Shown here: piece after piece, positions 1-12,478 of the stretch | Position numbering within the stretch: the first letter of the stretch is position 1 | Layout: each line of letters opens with the position of its first letter | Source of the DNA: Macrostomum hystrix | Lineage: Eukaryota; Animalia; Platyhelminthes | Reading direction: 5' to 3' | Assembly (NCBI GenBank): GCA_950097015.1 | Contig: CATNEN010000007.1 | Span: 2,170,001 to 2,234,000 of the forward strand | Length of the DNA: 64,000 nt | Program-made: the position numbers and the translations under genes | The notes under the pieces: generated by a model | The model's database searches: none | Seen by the model: only the letters and a program-made list of their open reading frames with translations | Told to the model about the DNA's origin: nothing

Positions 1-729
1 ACCAATGGCTAGCTACTTTTTTCCGAGAAGACTAGAACAATCAGCCTGCGCACTACGAAAATGAATTCTAGGCCCAGAACAGAAAATGTTCTACACACAG
101 CGCATTTGGCATGCGACTCATCAAGCAGAACTAGCTCAATGCGGTAGTTCCTCGGGGGAAGTACTCGTAACTGCTCGAGGATAGATTTTTATCGAGCAAT
201 CGATGCTCCGTCGGTCATTGCGAAACACATGGTTAAGCAACACGCTTGGCCCTAGATTTCCGCATCAGAAGTCAATGCTATTATAAACTAAGAACTGCAT
301 TTTGTGCGCCTGTTTGGCTCGACGCAGTGCAATTTAGATAATTATGGGATTCCAACAATGTGGGCAAATATCAGCACGGGGAGTAATTTTTCTCTCCAAA
401 ATACGGACTGGAAAAAAGTATTTTTTGTTAAGGTAGACAATGCAGTTGCTAAGGGAGGGTCCGGGTTGAGGAGGGTCAGAATTCTATTGAGATTGTTTCT
501 CAGCATCGCCATGGATACCGGTTGAGCAGGAGGCCCAGTCTCCCTTCTGTTTTCTAGTCTAGAGCACGGGCCTTTCCATCCTGCCCTACCCCGGACAGAA
601 AGGGAATTGCAATTGGGGCAGAGAGCCAGGGGCCAGAACATTTTTTAAACTAGAAAATCGATGCCACCAACCCAACCCTGAAGACGAGATCTTCTCTTCA
701 GCTGGCTGATCGGCCAATCCAGAGCCCGG

Positions 730-813
730 GCAGTCAGGCGGCTGGCTTGCAGCAGCTTCCAGAGCAGGAGCAGTCAGGCGGCTGGCTTGCAGCAGCTTCC
801 AGAGCAGGAGCAG
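730..813. repeat. 40-bp direct tandem repeat, 2 copies
   Basis: gcagtcaggcggctggcttgcagcagcttccagagcagga occurs at 730 and 770, about 200 bp upstream of the gene 1 ATG. Confidence 0.9.
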
Positions 814-1008
814 CAGCTATTGAAAAGGCAACAAATTAGCTACCGGTTGCTAACCGGAGAGAAGAGCCGCGCCACATCTCACCCTACTGGCTTGTGTCTG
901 GCGTAAAACTAAGGCTTTTATTCTATTCTGCAGCAACTTTTTCTAAAATTTTCTTTCTAGGAAGACGGGAACTTTCTGGAACAGAAGCGACAATCGGACT
1001 TTAGAACA

Positions 1009-4000
1009 ATGCACTTTGGTGAGGCAATCTTGAAAGATCATGGCGATTTTTTAATATACATTTTCAGATAACGATGAAGTTTTAAGGATTAAATTAAAAC
1101 TTTTGATTCTCCGAATTTTGAAAGAAAACTAGTCGCGACTCGTGACTAGTGTACAAATGAACTGCAACTGCTATTTATAATTCTATTGGAAAACATTTTG
1201 AAAGTTTGTAATTTTTGCGACCGCTGTACATGCTTTCACTATGCTGACTAAAATATTTAAATTGCTCACATGTAACAATGAATTGCAGCATCCCAGCTGG
1301 TAACAGCTGCGCTGGGACTTTGGCTAGCTGTGCAGCTGCTCAACGGGCCCCTGGTGGCGTTCGCTGCCGGCAGCTGTCCTGATGCTGTAAGTTTCGAACT
1401 ATTAAGCCTGGCACTCTTGTGTATGACTTACGCAAATCTCGTAGATTTCGCTAGTGCTTGGTAAAATGAATAGAGAAAACATAACAGGTGATTCAGTCAA
1501 GGAGTGTTCGGCTAGTGGAGTTGGTTTAGTGTGGGTTTAGCTGGTGTTTCAGATAGAGTGCTGGTTCAGTGTGGGTTCTAGTGTTGTAAGGCTCAGTGGG
1601 TCATGTAGAGACAAGGGGATAGGAAGAAAGCTAAAAGGAATTTCAGGGAAGTTCAAAGGTTGGCTGGAGCAATCGGTGTGAAATCGGTTTTAATACGGGG
1701 GCTGGGCTGGGCTATTGGAAATGTTAGTCAATTATCATGATACGGAATACTTAATTACGGCGTGCAGTGTTTATAAATAGGGTAAGCCTTGAATATACAC
1801 CCTCGTAGAAAGTGCTCTGAAATAAAGTAAACCTGAATGAAGGAAAGGCTTGGGCTAGGTAGCAGAGCAGTCTATAACGCTTTTGCCTCTTACAACAAGG
1901 TTCCCAAGGTCGATTCCGCGGTGAGGCCACATTCATTTGAGGCACAGCCGCAAAGAGTCAGGAAATTTACACCCTTGTGTCCTTTAAGTGGAAGGCTTAC
2001 AATGATGAACTTGGGTTGTGTAGGTAGGTTTAATTGGCGATTGTTCATAAGCTACGAGCGATGTTAAATCACATCTATAACTCGATGCATCTACCATAAA
2101 ACAAGAGTTCGCAAGAATTAGTGCGAAAGAATAATAAAGGCTTCACTTTATTATTGGATAAATTAATTCGCAATTCTTATCTTACAGTCCCAGATGGTTT
2201 GTTCAGTGTCCAAAGCCTGCAAAAACGTCTCGACATGCCTCGATGAGTTGGTGGCCGCCGAGGAAACCTGTGCTTCAACTGAAACGGTGATGCGATAAAA
2301 ATGCTCAGTTTGAAGCGCAATAGTTTTCAGTTACCCTAAGTTAAGCAGCCTAATTGCCCTCCGCATAATTAAATACAAGGAGTCTAACCTTTCGCATGCT
2401 TCAGGGCCTGTGTCCGAAACAGGGCCGTTGTCTGAATCGCACGGAGTACTACAACTGGTACAATTGTGACTACGGGAGCGACATCTGCAGCAGCAGCTCA
2501 AATGCTTCTAATGCAACCGCAGGTCCTAAATCACAGTGCTTCTTTGGCTACAATCTATGCCTAGATCAAAAGCTGTGCGACGAAGCAGTCACGAAAAGAA
2601 ATTGTCAAAACAATAAAACCATCATCTCGTCTGTGACACCCGGGAACGCATGCGTTTTACCATGGAACGTAAACGTTTTCTACACAGTTTTGCAGCAAGC
2701 GGGTCCGGCAGTGCTGAGGTTCGGGTCGCAGCGACTCGACAGCAGCCGCATCGGTCAGGAGATGCAGCTCAACCGATCCATCGACAACAACAGCTGCGTG
2801 AGCGCAGATGCGCTGTCAATGTCCAGCTACACGGCATCAAACGGAAGTCTGTCGTTGGTGAAGCTCAAGATGCGCTTCGCCGACAGTAGCGGCAAAGTGA
2901 TTTCAGAGTGTCAGCCGAGCTTCGGATTGTTGCTTCCACCAAAGTCGCGACCCACAGCTCCGTTTTCAACAGTCGTGATCAGAAAGAACAACAGCGGCAG
3001 CGTTTACGAAACTGTGTACCCATCATCGTTTTTGGGTGCATTGATGAATCAGTCGTCCGATTTGGCGCCATGGTGCGACAGTCTGGGCATCTCCGACTTC
3101 CCTGCGGTAGGAAGCAACGTTCAAGCCCGACAGCTGTGCCGAGATGCTCATCGGAAGGCGGCCTTCTGCTACATCGATGCCCCACCTCTCTTCACGGACT
3201 TCAACCTGTATGCAACTTCATACAATGGTGGAAGTCCTGTGCTGCCATTCGGATCTGGCTATCTGACTCTGTCAGTTGACAGGGTGTACTTGAACGTGTA
3301 CCTCAGACAGCCCGGCAGCGTGAATCTGACCTGCAGGCTTTGGAACGGACATTTGCCGATGCGCGACACCCCAGCGACTCACTCAGGCTTCTTTGGAGAC
3401 GAGATTCTGCGCATCGAGTACACTTTGATGTGTTTCTCTGGCTACGTGCCGTGTTTGGCATCAAGAAACTGCATATCGTTTGGTACTCCATGCATAGCGG
3501 TTTCAAACTGCAGCATGGTGGGCTTAAATTTGCCTTAAGTTTTGCTATGACTGTATTTATTTAAAAATGCATTGGAATAAAAATAATACTTTTTTGTTTT
3601 TTTCAATTTTTTTTGTAGAATGAGACTTTCTGTCCAGCCGTGAATGCATGTGTCAGAAATGGCAGCTGCCCTGGCAACACGACATGGGTTGAAAGAACGA
3701 CGGGCAGGCTACCATCTACAACTGGTGTGCGATCAATCACAACAACTGCAAGGCCTGAGTTTAGAACAACAGCTGGATGGAAAGATTGCGAGAGACGAGT
3801 AAAATAAATTGATTTTTTATTCTTGCCGAGTAAATCCTAAATTATTTAGCCTTATGAAATTTACTATTTTCAGGTCGCTTGTCCACCAGGAGGTCAGCAG
3901 GTTTGCAAGTCTGCCTGCGTAATATCACTAGTCGATATCCGTTCGCGTTGCAACTCTGAGGGCAAGGTGAGAAAATGCTCAGGAAGTTCTGGATGGCTTT

Positions 4001-7000
4001 TGCAGGCAGTAAATATACTTTTTTCCGATTTAAAAATTTCAGGACATTTGCCCCTCCATGGGTTCGTGTGGAAGCGCACTAGCCTCTGATTGCCCAGCTT
4101 TGCCGAATAATTTTAGTATTTGCGACGGTTATAACGAGGTAAAGTAGTTGCTTAATCGGTTTTGTTGCCACGTGTACCTTTAAATTTTCCGTTCCAGATA
4201 AAAGGTGATGAAGTTCCACCCTGAATGTCAAACTATCAATTATTCAAAAGAAATAAGAAATGAACTCATGTATTTAATTATGTTTTTGTGCACAAATTCA
4301 CTCAGACCGCCTGCCCGCACGCATTCGGTGCCTGCCTTGATTTCGCCAGCTGCCGGCAGCTGTGTCCTCGCTCTGACCGACTCCTGCCAGCTGCCCAGCT
4401 CGTTTCAGACTTCAAGACCCTGTACAGAGATGCAGCGGACTCCGGCGTCTGCCGCACCGGCCATCTACTGGGTGCCGCTTCTGCTGCCAGCCTCCGCGTG
4501 CTCTCTGCGGTGCCGGCTGGTGTAGAAATGGAGCTCGACGGGCTCAGGGTCAACATGAGCGGCAGGCCGGTGATGATCGGTCGGGACAGCTGCTTCCAGA
4601 TCCGTGCTAACAGCTACCAAAATGTGGCTGTCAACGTTACTTACTCCTTGCAACTGTCAGACGGCTCCGAATGTATCCTGAGGGCCACAGTACTTCTGCC
4701 GCCAAGAGCAGCGCCTTCCAATGTGACTGCGATCAGAAGCAGTCTCAGCTTGCAGGACACCTCAGCTCTGGATGTGGCGCTCTCCACTGTGTTGTCGGCG
4801 TCGCCATCTGCATTCCCTGGGAATGACGTGTGCAATCTGCAACTGAACAATCCACTCGACTTGCATGCTGAGAGAAGCGCCTGCAGGGCCCGCTCTGGCG
4901 TTGAGGCCACAATTGCTAGCGGTGTTTTCTGCTACTACCTTGTGCCACCTGTGTGGTAAGGACTTTTGAACGCATTTAACAATCGTCTTTTTTGCTAAAC
5001 ATCTATGGAGAGCCAATAAATCGCATTATTTTTGTTACTGGTTATAATTATCTTCCTCTTATTTCTTCTATTTTCTTTCCTATCTATTTCAGGCCTGATA
5101 TTTATGGAAATTTGACCTTCCGAAGCACAGTTTCGTCCATCATCATCAGCGAGTATCGTGGAGGCTTTCTGGTGCCCAGTCCCGAGCAGGCCTACATGCG
5201 CTTTGAGCCCAATCGCAATGCGGCAACAAAGACCTTCGTTCTAGTTTGTCAGGGCTGGAGCGGTCTGCCTCCGCTGGTGAGTTACACCAGCTCAGGCTCT
5301 CTAGTTGTTTCTGCTCTACCTTCTACGGCACTCGGAAACCAAGTGAGAATCACAATCAGCGTGCTGCACCTAGACCAGCCTCCAGTTGTGAACAAAAACT
5401 TCTTCACCTCTGGAGTCCTTCGAGACAGTGAGAGCGAGTACGTGAGCCTCCGCTTGCAGCGGGAGCGAGGCTTCATGCTGCAAAGACACGGCGAGACTGT
5501 CGCCAGTCAGATCCGGATCGGCGATATGGTATCCATGTTCTTCTGCGACGATGACACTTTCGATTTGGGGGCTCTGGTACTGCAGGCCGTCAGCGACAGT
5601 AGATTCGGCATTTTCGAATATCTCCTGCCAGGTGCGGTCTCATGGCAGCTTCTAAATGTCTCTGCAGATAAACCGCAGTTCGCCCAGTATCGAATGCTCT
5701 CACGCTTCAAAGATCAATCCAGGACTGCAGATGCGTTTTCAACCATTCAGTGCGCTGGCAGCATCTCATCGACGTTGCCACTGAGCTTGCAAAATGCCCA
5801 GCTGTCCGACTTTCTCGCTGATGACATCAATGGAACCGGGCTCATAAGTGCCATATACCTGCCACCCAACGCTACTCTCCGGTACTCACCGATTGCTCCG
5901 GCTTCGTGGTCCCGCAGTCGTGTCGTCATTGCCTTCACAGCGGCCGAGAAGCTCGCTGCCCAGCAACAGGTCCAAATCAACCCATTGCTTGTCAGCAGCG
6001 TTGTTAACAAAAGCTCAGCCGCCGGCTGGGCAGTGGCTCGTCCGATAACCATTGGATGTGATAATCAACCATGGTCGGGGCTTCAGACTGATGTGTGCAG
6101 CGTTTGTGGAGGAAATGGTCGCTCCTGCATAGACTGCCACGGCGACGCTAATGGCACGGCGATCTGGAACGACTGTGGCTACTGCGTTGGAGGGAAAACC
6201 AGCAGAGGCATGCGATACGGCAAAGACTGCTCTGGTCAGTGCAACGGGACGTTTGTGTCGCCAATGCCCGGCCTCTGCTACAACTCAAGCCGATTCCCAA
6301 CTTCCGATGAGTATATTCGGTCTGTATGGTGCGATGGCGTGGTGAACAGCACGGCTTACATCAATAAGTGCGGCTTCTGCACAGAGGGCAGCACCGGAAA
6401 GCCCGCCACCTTTGGTATTGGCCCCTGCGGCTGCGGAAACGACACTTCCTGCATCACCGGCTGCGACGGTGTCGCTCAGACGTCTGCTTTACTTCGAAAG
6501 AGCTTTGACAAGTGCGCCCGGTGCCTGCTGCCTACTGACTCTCAGCGAGACATCTGTCCCAGCATTCGCTTTATCATCAGCCCACAAGTCTGCGTTGGAT
6601 CCTACGGCATTGACCAGCAAGTGACAGTCATCAGCAGCGCTGTTAACATCACTATCAGCTCGATCACTCTGCGCTTACTTCGGGTGTCCGATCGGGTGAG
6701 GCTACCGGGAACTGCATACTAGAACATTCTATTGAGCAAACACCCCGTTAGAAGTAAAATAATTCTAAGCCTCTAGTGAGTCTTGCTGATCGCATATTTC
6801 CGAATTTCCTATTTCAGTCGTTCTATTTGGAGCTTCAGTCCAAGTCCATCGACGCCTCATCTGGTGTGTTTACCTTCTGGGTACCAGCGGGTCTCGTATC
6901 GGGTCAGTACTTGCTGCAGGCAAAGTACACCATCTCGACAGGAGTGAATGTTACCGCGGATGTCTCCGGCGGCCAACTGACTGTGTTTGGACCACCCAGC

Positions 7001-10000
7001 CTGTCTAGCTTTGGAATTGGCAGCTCAATCAACGTTGAGGACCGAGTTCTGTCACTACCAGTGAGCGGGCAAGGATTCGCAAACAGATCAGATCTTGCCT
7101 GCCTTTTGTACTGCGACAGTCTTAGTCGTCACACCAGCTGTGACCCGCGCACCAGCTTTTTGACTGTACCGGCAAAGTTTGTGAGCGAGAGAAGCGTCAT
7201 TTGCGACATCTCGGCATTGGCTGAAGTAAAACAGCCGCTTCAGTGGAGGCTCAGTGTCATGTCCTGCCAGCCGCAGCATCTCACAAATGACGCCTACGCG
7301 GTGTTCAGGTAAGCCACCTGGCACATCAATACTTCGAACCTTCCACGCTCCACGGTATTAAATCCTATCACGTGTTCTCATCCCTTAGATAATATCATAA
7401 TATTTACGAGTATTAGCTCTTATCGCTGATTGCAGATTTGATCTTTGAAATCATCAATTTTCAGCATTACAGAAGATTTGTAAGATTTGCAGCATCAGAT
7501 TTACCAGCAGTAAATTATGTGGAATTCAGGGGCGAACGTACTCCAGACCGCAAAACGGGCAAAAAAAACGTAACGACCGTCTCAATTAGTCAAAGCCTGT
7601 TAAAATTTGTGTATTTGATTACCTTCACTAACTGGTGTGACGCGTCTCACTTACAAAAACTTGCTTAAAATTTGCGCCCTAAAACAGACAACACTCTCTG
7701 GTGCTTTCCATCCGCTCGAGTCGAGGCCCAGTACTTCGATCGGCCACCGAAGATGCAAGTGGCTACTTTCTTCGCCTGCAGTTTGACACCAATATCCAGC
7801 TCCGCCAAGCATCTTGCTCAGCCATACTTGACGCTGCAAGCCTCGCACTGATGGGCTCGGAGCCTGAGTGCTACACGATTGCCAACAATCTCATCCTGCG
7901 GAAAGGCCGGGACGCTTCAGCCTGTGCTGGCTCGCGAATCAGCCTGAATCCGAATGTTGTGTACGTGCAGGGCTGCGACTTTAACTTGGCTGCGAGTTCA
8001 AGCGTCAGCAACGCTGTTCTAGCAGGGAGCAGTCGGGAGCCGCCTACCATTGCTCTATTAGGATTGTCGCCAGATGCAGATCAGGTGGCCACTGTTGGAA
8101 ACTGCGACAGCTTCCAGCTGTACGCCATTGTTAGGAACTCAATGGTGCGTCGCATCACGTGGGATATTCAGTGTGCCAGTGGGTCTGCATGCGAGCCGAC
8201 TCAGCTCGCTACTTTCAGGTCCAAGTTCAGCACCGACTTTGCATATTACATTGGAACCGACGTAAGTAGCACAACGAAAATATGTTTTTCAAGTATTAGT
8301 AACAGAGAATATTAGTAACTACGAGAATACAAAAACTCCTACCTTTTGCGGCACGTACTATTGCGTCAAAATCGTATAGCCCTGGAAAGGAATAGGTGGA
8401 GAGAAACGCACAGTTACAGGGGTGGAGACACGGAGAGGGAGAGAAAGCATTATATAGCAGGCAGTGGCCTCAATAAAAAATCACAAGTTATAGGAACTGG
8501 AAGTGCGGAGCCTAGCCATTCACTTTTGCATTATAAATCAATGTTAGTATGCATTCCGACTGTCCCTCAAGATTCCTCCTGGAGAATCCTACAACATCAC
8601 TGCCTCGGCTGCGAATGAGTGCGGTACTCAGTCGAGTCGCGTGAGCATTGTGGTCCGACGACTCATCGAAAAGACGCCTTTCAGGATTGAAGTCATCGGT
8701 CAAAAAAAGTTTGTTTCACCTGATGAGATCTACACTGCAGTGTTGTTCGTATATCCTTCAATATGCTATGCGAAAGCACTGGACAGCCTGAGTGTAAGCA
8801 AAAATTTGCACTTCTTGAGGTAGAGAAAATGTACGTTTCTGCAAATTTCTCTGTGATTGATGTGTATTTTTGTTGGTGCGTTGATAGCTAAAAACACATT
8901 GAGAGTCCCGTTGAATTCCGAATCGTTCCGCCTTTCTATAGCAGTTTTTGCTTTGAAAATATCTACATTTACAGTACAGCTGGAAGATCGTCGGCGGAAG
9001 CCGGGCAGTCGGAGTCGATGTGCAGTCGATTCAAGGACGCTTCTTCCGACTGCAGGCTGGAGTTCTCCAAGGCGGTCAAACGTACAACGTGAGCGTCTGT
9101 GCCTCAATGCCAACTTGGCAGAATGCCGCGTGTGGTTTCATCATGGTGGAGACAATAAGTCGACCCTTGGTTCCGCTGTTTCTCCGCGGAGGACGTTCAG
9201 ATCTTGGCATGTCCGAGTCACTCCAGGACTCAGTGTACGTTATTGACCCGGACTTCTCAACTGAGGATCTCTTCGTGGCCATCTACCTGACCAACTTGTC
9301 GAATGGCGGAGCCATCTACATGCGCAATCTGCACAGCGGTGGTGTCATCTCTTCTTTCAGCTTCTTTGGCCTTGACGGCTTCCGAACATCTTCAAGCATC
9401 GTTCAAATTCCTTGGCCTAATCCGAGCGTCTATGAGCTGCCCTCAGGCTGGCTGAGGCTCACCGTCATCTGCCAACGTGGCCAACGTAGATCCAGCATCG
9501 CCAAGATTGTGCAGATTTTGCCGCGACCTCCTCCGTCAGTTCGATTTCTGACAGAGCCGAGTAACAGGCCGAAAAATCCGAACGCAGCTATTGTCGTGAC
9601 CGCCGTAGTAACTGCCAACGAGATTACGCAGACTCAGTGGGCTCTGGAAACTCAGCAGGCAGGATTTGGCTCGCTGCCACTTGAGATTTGCTCAGTGGGG
9701 CCACCGCTGGCTGAAACCTGCTCACCAGGCCGCAGATGCTTCATCACTCTTGTCTTGAAGCCAGGACCGAGCTGCGTGTTTGCCGCCGGTGCTTCTTATC
9801 GACTGCTTCTGACTGCCAGTGCCAGTTCTGGAACAGCCCAGGCTCAGTTCGACTTCCGAATTAACTCCCCTCCAAGGGGAGGAGCGCTCTCTGTCACGCC
9901 AAGCCAGGGCACCGCTCTCAGGACCTCCTTCGCTCTTACCATGTGGCCAAACATCACCGACGACTCAGACGTGTCCTTCTTCTACAGCGTCATGTGCTGC

Positions 10001-12478
10001 CGCCAGGATTCTCCAAGCCAGTGCATCTCAGTCACAAGTGAGCCAACGCCTTCATCGATCATCACAACCCGACTGCCAAGCGGCAACTGGATTTGCAAAG
10101 CCTCAGCCATCGATTCTAACGGTGCAGGCTCGGACTGGTTCTCCAGCATTGGTGCGATTCAGGTGCAAACAGAGCAGTTGACTCTAGCTAAGATCGATGA
10201 CATGATCAGCAACCTGAACAATATTTCTTCTAGCTGTGAGTGCTTCTCTCTTTAAATCTGGCTGGAAAGCTGTAGTTTGTTTTTTGTTTACAATTGAATG
10301 CATTAAAAATTCCAGTCGATGCTCCGGCTCTGGGCAGTATGATCATGAGCGAGCCGGATAGCAGTTTATCAACAGCAGAAAAAAACAAAGTGCAAGAGTT
10401 GGTTCGAGGTCTGGTTTCTCGAGATTTGCTCGCATTGGATACTACGTAAGCTATGATTTCCAGCGGATTCGGAATTTTGCCGCTCATTAAAAAATGATTT
10501 CTTTAAGCAAAAAACCTTGGCTTTTTATTAAAATTGAGTCACACAGTAGGAGCTATCATGTTCTGTCTGTGGGTATTGTTTGGTTTAATGCAGTCGGTAA
10601 CTCTAAAGAATTAACTTATCAAGTTTAACTTAATCATACTCAAGATAATGATCCCCAAAGCGAACGCTATCTATTGGTTTGAATAATATATTAGGCCTTA
10701 AATCTGTTTCATTTTAGTGTACCATCAGCCTCCTGCTCTAGAGCTGCCAGCAGCTGCCAACTGCTTCGACGAACCAGGGCTGATAGCCAGTACTTTGCCA
10801 ACCTTGTATCCGATTCGCTGGAGAAATGCTTTAAAGCATTCATCTCACCAACGTCCTCCACATCATTGTCAGTTGGGGCGGTCGGAAAGCGCCGCCGCAA
10901 ACGTGATTCTAACTCTCAGGGTGGCACATCGAGCAAGATGACTGTGACTGAAGTAAAGTCCGTGCTTGACATTGCCTCCGGAAGCTTCTATTCTAATCTT
11001 GATTCAACCGCGTCAGCTAATATGCAGGCAAAAATTCTTGGCACTGTACCAGCTTTCTGCAATAACCAGAACCCGAACGCTCTCGCCCAATCTGCGGCAT
11101 CGCAGATGGCCGTTGTGCGAGTTTACAAAACATCTTTTAAAACGATCGGCTCCGTCGATCTCGAGATGGGGTGTGAAGCTGGAGCCACTGACTGTCTAAA
11201 CTCCTTCGCAGCTCGTCAGCAGATTTTACTCGGAGCTGATCTGCAGCAGCGCTACTACAACTGGTCATGCGGACAGCCAGACTGCTTCCAGGACGGTGCC
11301 TGCATTGGCACGATCCTTCTGGATAAAGACCTGCTCACACCACAAGCGAAAGTTGCCACTCCAACAATTTCAACCCGACGCAGTCCATTGGCATACGTTG
11401 GCATATTTCATCCTAGCAATGGTGCCAACCAAAACGTCTCGCGCCTCAGCAATGCCGTCACCATCACAGCCAACATCAGTGGCTCCGTAAACTTAAGCAG
11501 CACAAGCCTTATTTGCCGAAGCTGGAGTGGCGTCGACTGGACTCCGGAAAACTGCACTACCAGAGCCCCATTCCAGACCAGCGATGGAATCTGGCACGTA
11601 ACATGTTTGTGCCGCGACATCTCCTCCTTCATCGGTGTTTTCGAGGGGCCACCTGGCTTCCAGCCAGAAACTACCGTTGCTCCATCGACCACTGAGACCA
11701 CAACAGTGACAACGACTGTAGCGCTGAGTGTGACCGCGCCGACTCTCTCGGATACTTCAATACGGGCTGTAACCCTGCGAATCAGAATCATGGAGAGCTA
11801 CGCCACAGTTGTGATCAGTGAAAGCAGTTTTCGTAGCCATCTGATCAGCCAACTTGCACGTCAGTTGAGGCTTGCTGAATCGCAGATATCTGACATGCAG
11901 TTCGCGAATGGTAGCGTCCTCGTCAGCTTTACGGTGAGCAGTCAGACAGGAGCGAACACTAGCGCTAGCGCAGCGGTGCAACTGCTGGTGCAGCTGATGA
12001 ACAATCGACAGCTAGTGCTTCTTGGACTGAATAACGGCACTCTGACGCTTTCATGGGATTATCTGCAAGTTCTGGGCGTGCAGACAAGTGCTGTAAAAGC
12101 TGACAATGGCAGCAGCAACGTCATCGCAATTGCTGTCGGAGCTTCAATCGGAGGTGTATGCCTTCTTGTTGCAGTTTTAGTTCTGATACTGCTGATGAAG
12201 AAGAGCTCGCAAAACCGTAAGGTGACCGACGAATCACAGCGAGACGTACGGGCGATTAGTAGCACCAGAAGAGGGAGCGGCGGAGGCGGAGGCAGCAGCA
12301 GCAGCCGACTCGAAATGGCTGGTGGTAGTCGATCAGGAGGCTCCCACGCCAGCTTGTTGGGAAATAGTGAGGCTTATTTTGTCACTACGTTGCAACAGTA
12401 ATTTTTTAATTCAAATTTAAATGTGCATAATTTTCAGGAAACAGTGAAGCCATTGAGATGTCTCGAGTTGAGAACTGA
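1009..12478 (+). CDS. Gene 1: multi-exon single-pass REJ/GAIN-like/SEA-like (polycystin-1-ectodomain-like) cell-surface protein, ~2,737 aa
   Basis: Hand-spliced exons, all GT-AG with consistent phases: 1009-1018, 1289-1386, 2188-2286, 2405-3517, 3619-3798, 3874-3966, 4306-4955, 5093-6695, 6818-7308, 7688-8261, 8572-8793, 8975-10235, 10316-10445, 10718-12366, 12438-12478 (8,214 nt, open frame). The N-terminus MHFASQLVTAALGLWLAVQLLNGPLVAFAAG is signal-peptide-like, and there is one TM (VIAIAVGASIGGVCLLVAVLVLILLM, ~12120-12197). The last intron is less certain; reading through it stops at 12401. Confidence 0.85.
2188..3517 (+). CDS. Gene 1 exons 3-4: single copy of the Cys-rich module (A exon plus B exon)
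   Basis: Exon 2188-2286 (SQMVCSVSKACKNVSTCLDELVAAEETCASTET) and exon 2405-3517 align colinearly with the gene 2 repeat exons, with the same phase-0 boundaries. Confidence 0.85.
4306..6695 (+). CDS. Gene 1 exons 7-8: diverged module copy followed by Cys-rich repeats (GCD...DVCSVCGGNG.SC; DCHGDANGTAIWNDCGYC)
   Basis: Track ORFs 4288-4959 and 4992-6722 join through TG|gtaagg (4956) and tttcag|G (5093). The Cys motifs are visible directly. Confidence 0.8.
6818..8261 (+). CDS. Gene 1 exons 9-10: IPT/TIG-like domain and pre-REJ segment
   Basis: GPPSLSSF...VSGQGF...LACL...VPAKFVSERSVICD matches the IPT/TIG pattern. LRLQFDTN...CSAILD...LMGSEPEC resembles the segment preceding REJ in REJ-domain proteins. 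Recognised by eye; no HMM was run. Confidence 0.6.
8572..10235 (+). CDS. Gene 1 exons 11-12: PKD/REJ-like module
   Basis: YSWKI...LQAGVLQGGQTYNVSV, PLVPLFLRGG, DPD and the REJ hallmark INSPPRGGALSVTPSQGTALRTSF...WP...DDSD...FFYS. Confidence 0.75.
10718..12366 (+). CDS. Gene 1 exon 14: furin site, GAIN/GPS-like region, Thr-rich stalk, SEA-like domain, TM and tail
   Basis: KRRRKR at 10887-10904; CRSWSGVDWTPENC...VTCLCRDISSF at 11514-11630; Thr-rich run; GSVLVSF at ~11910; hydrophobic helix followed by KKSSQNRK. Confidence 0.8.

Noticed and set aside
342-641. 99-aa minus-strand ORF with CPNC
   Set aside because: No recognisable domain or splice context; a single CxxC is not evidence.
1450-2070. 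Possible Penelope GIY-YIG relic in gene 1 intron 2 (minus strand)
   Set aside because: The YI-like and AEH-like words are ~95 codons apart, too far for the domain; no convincing frame.
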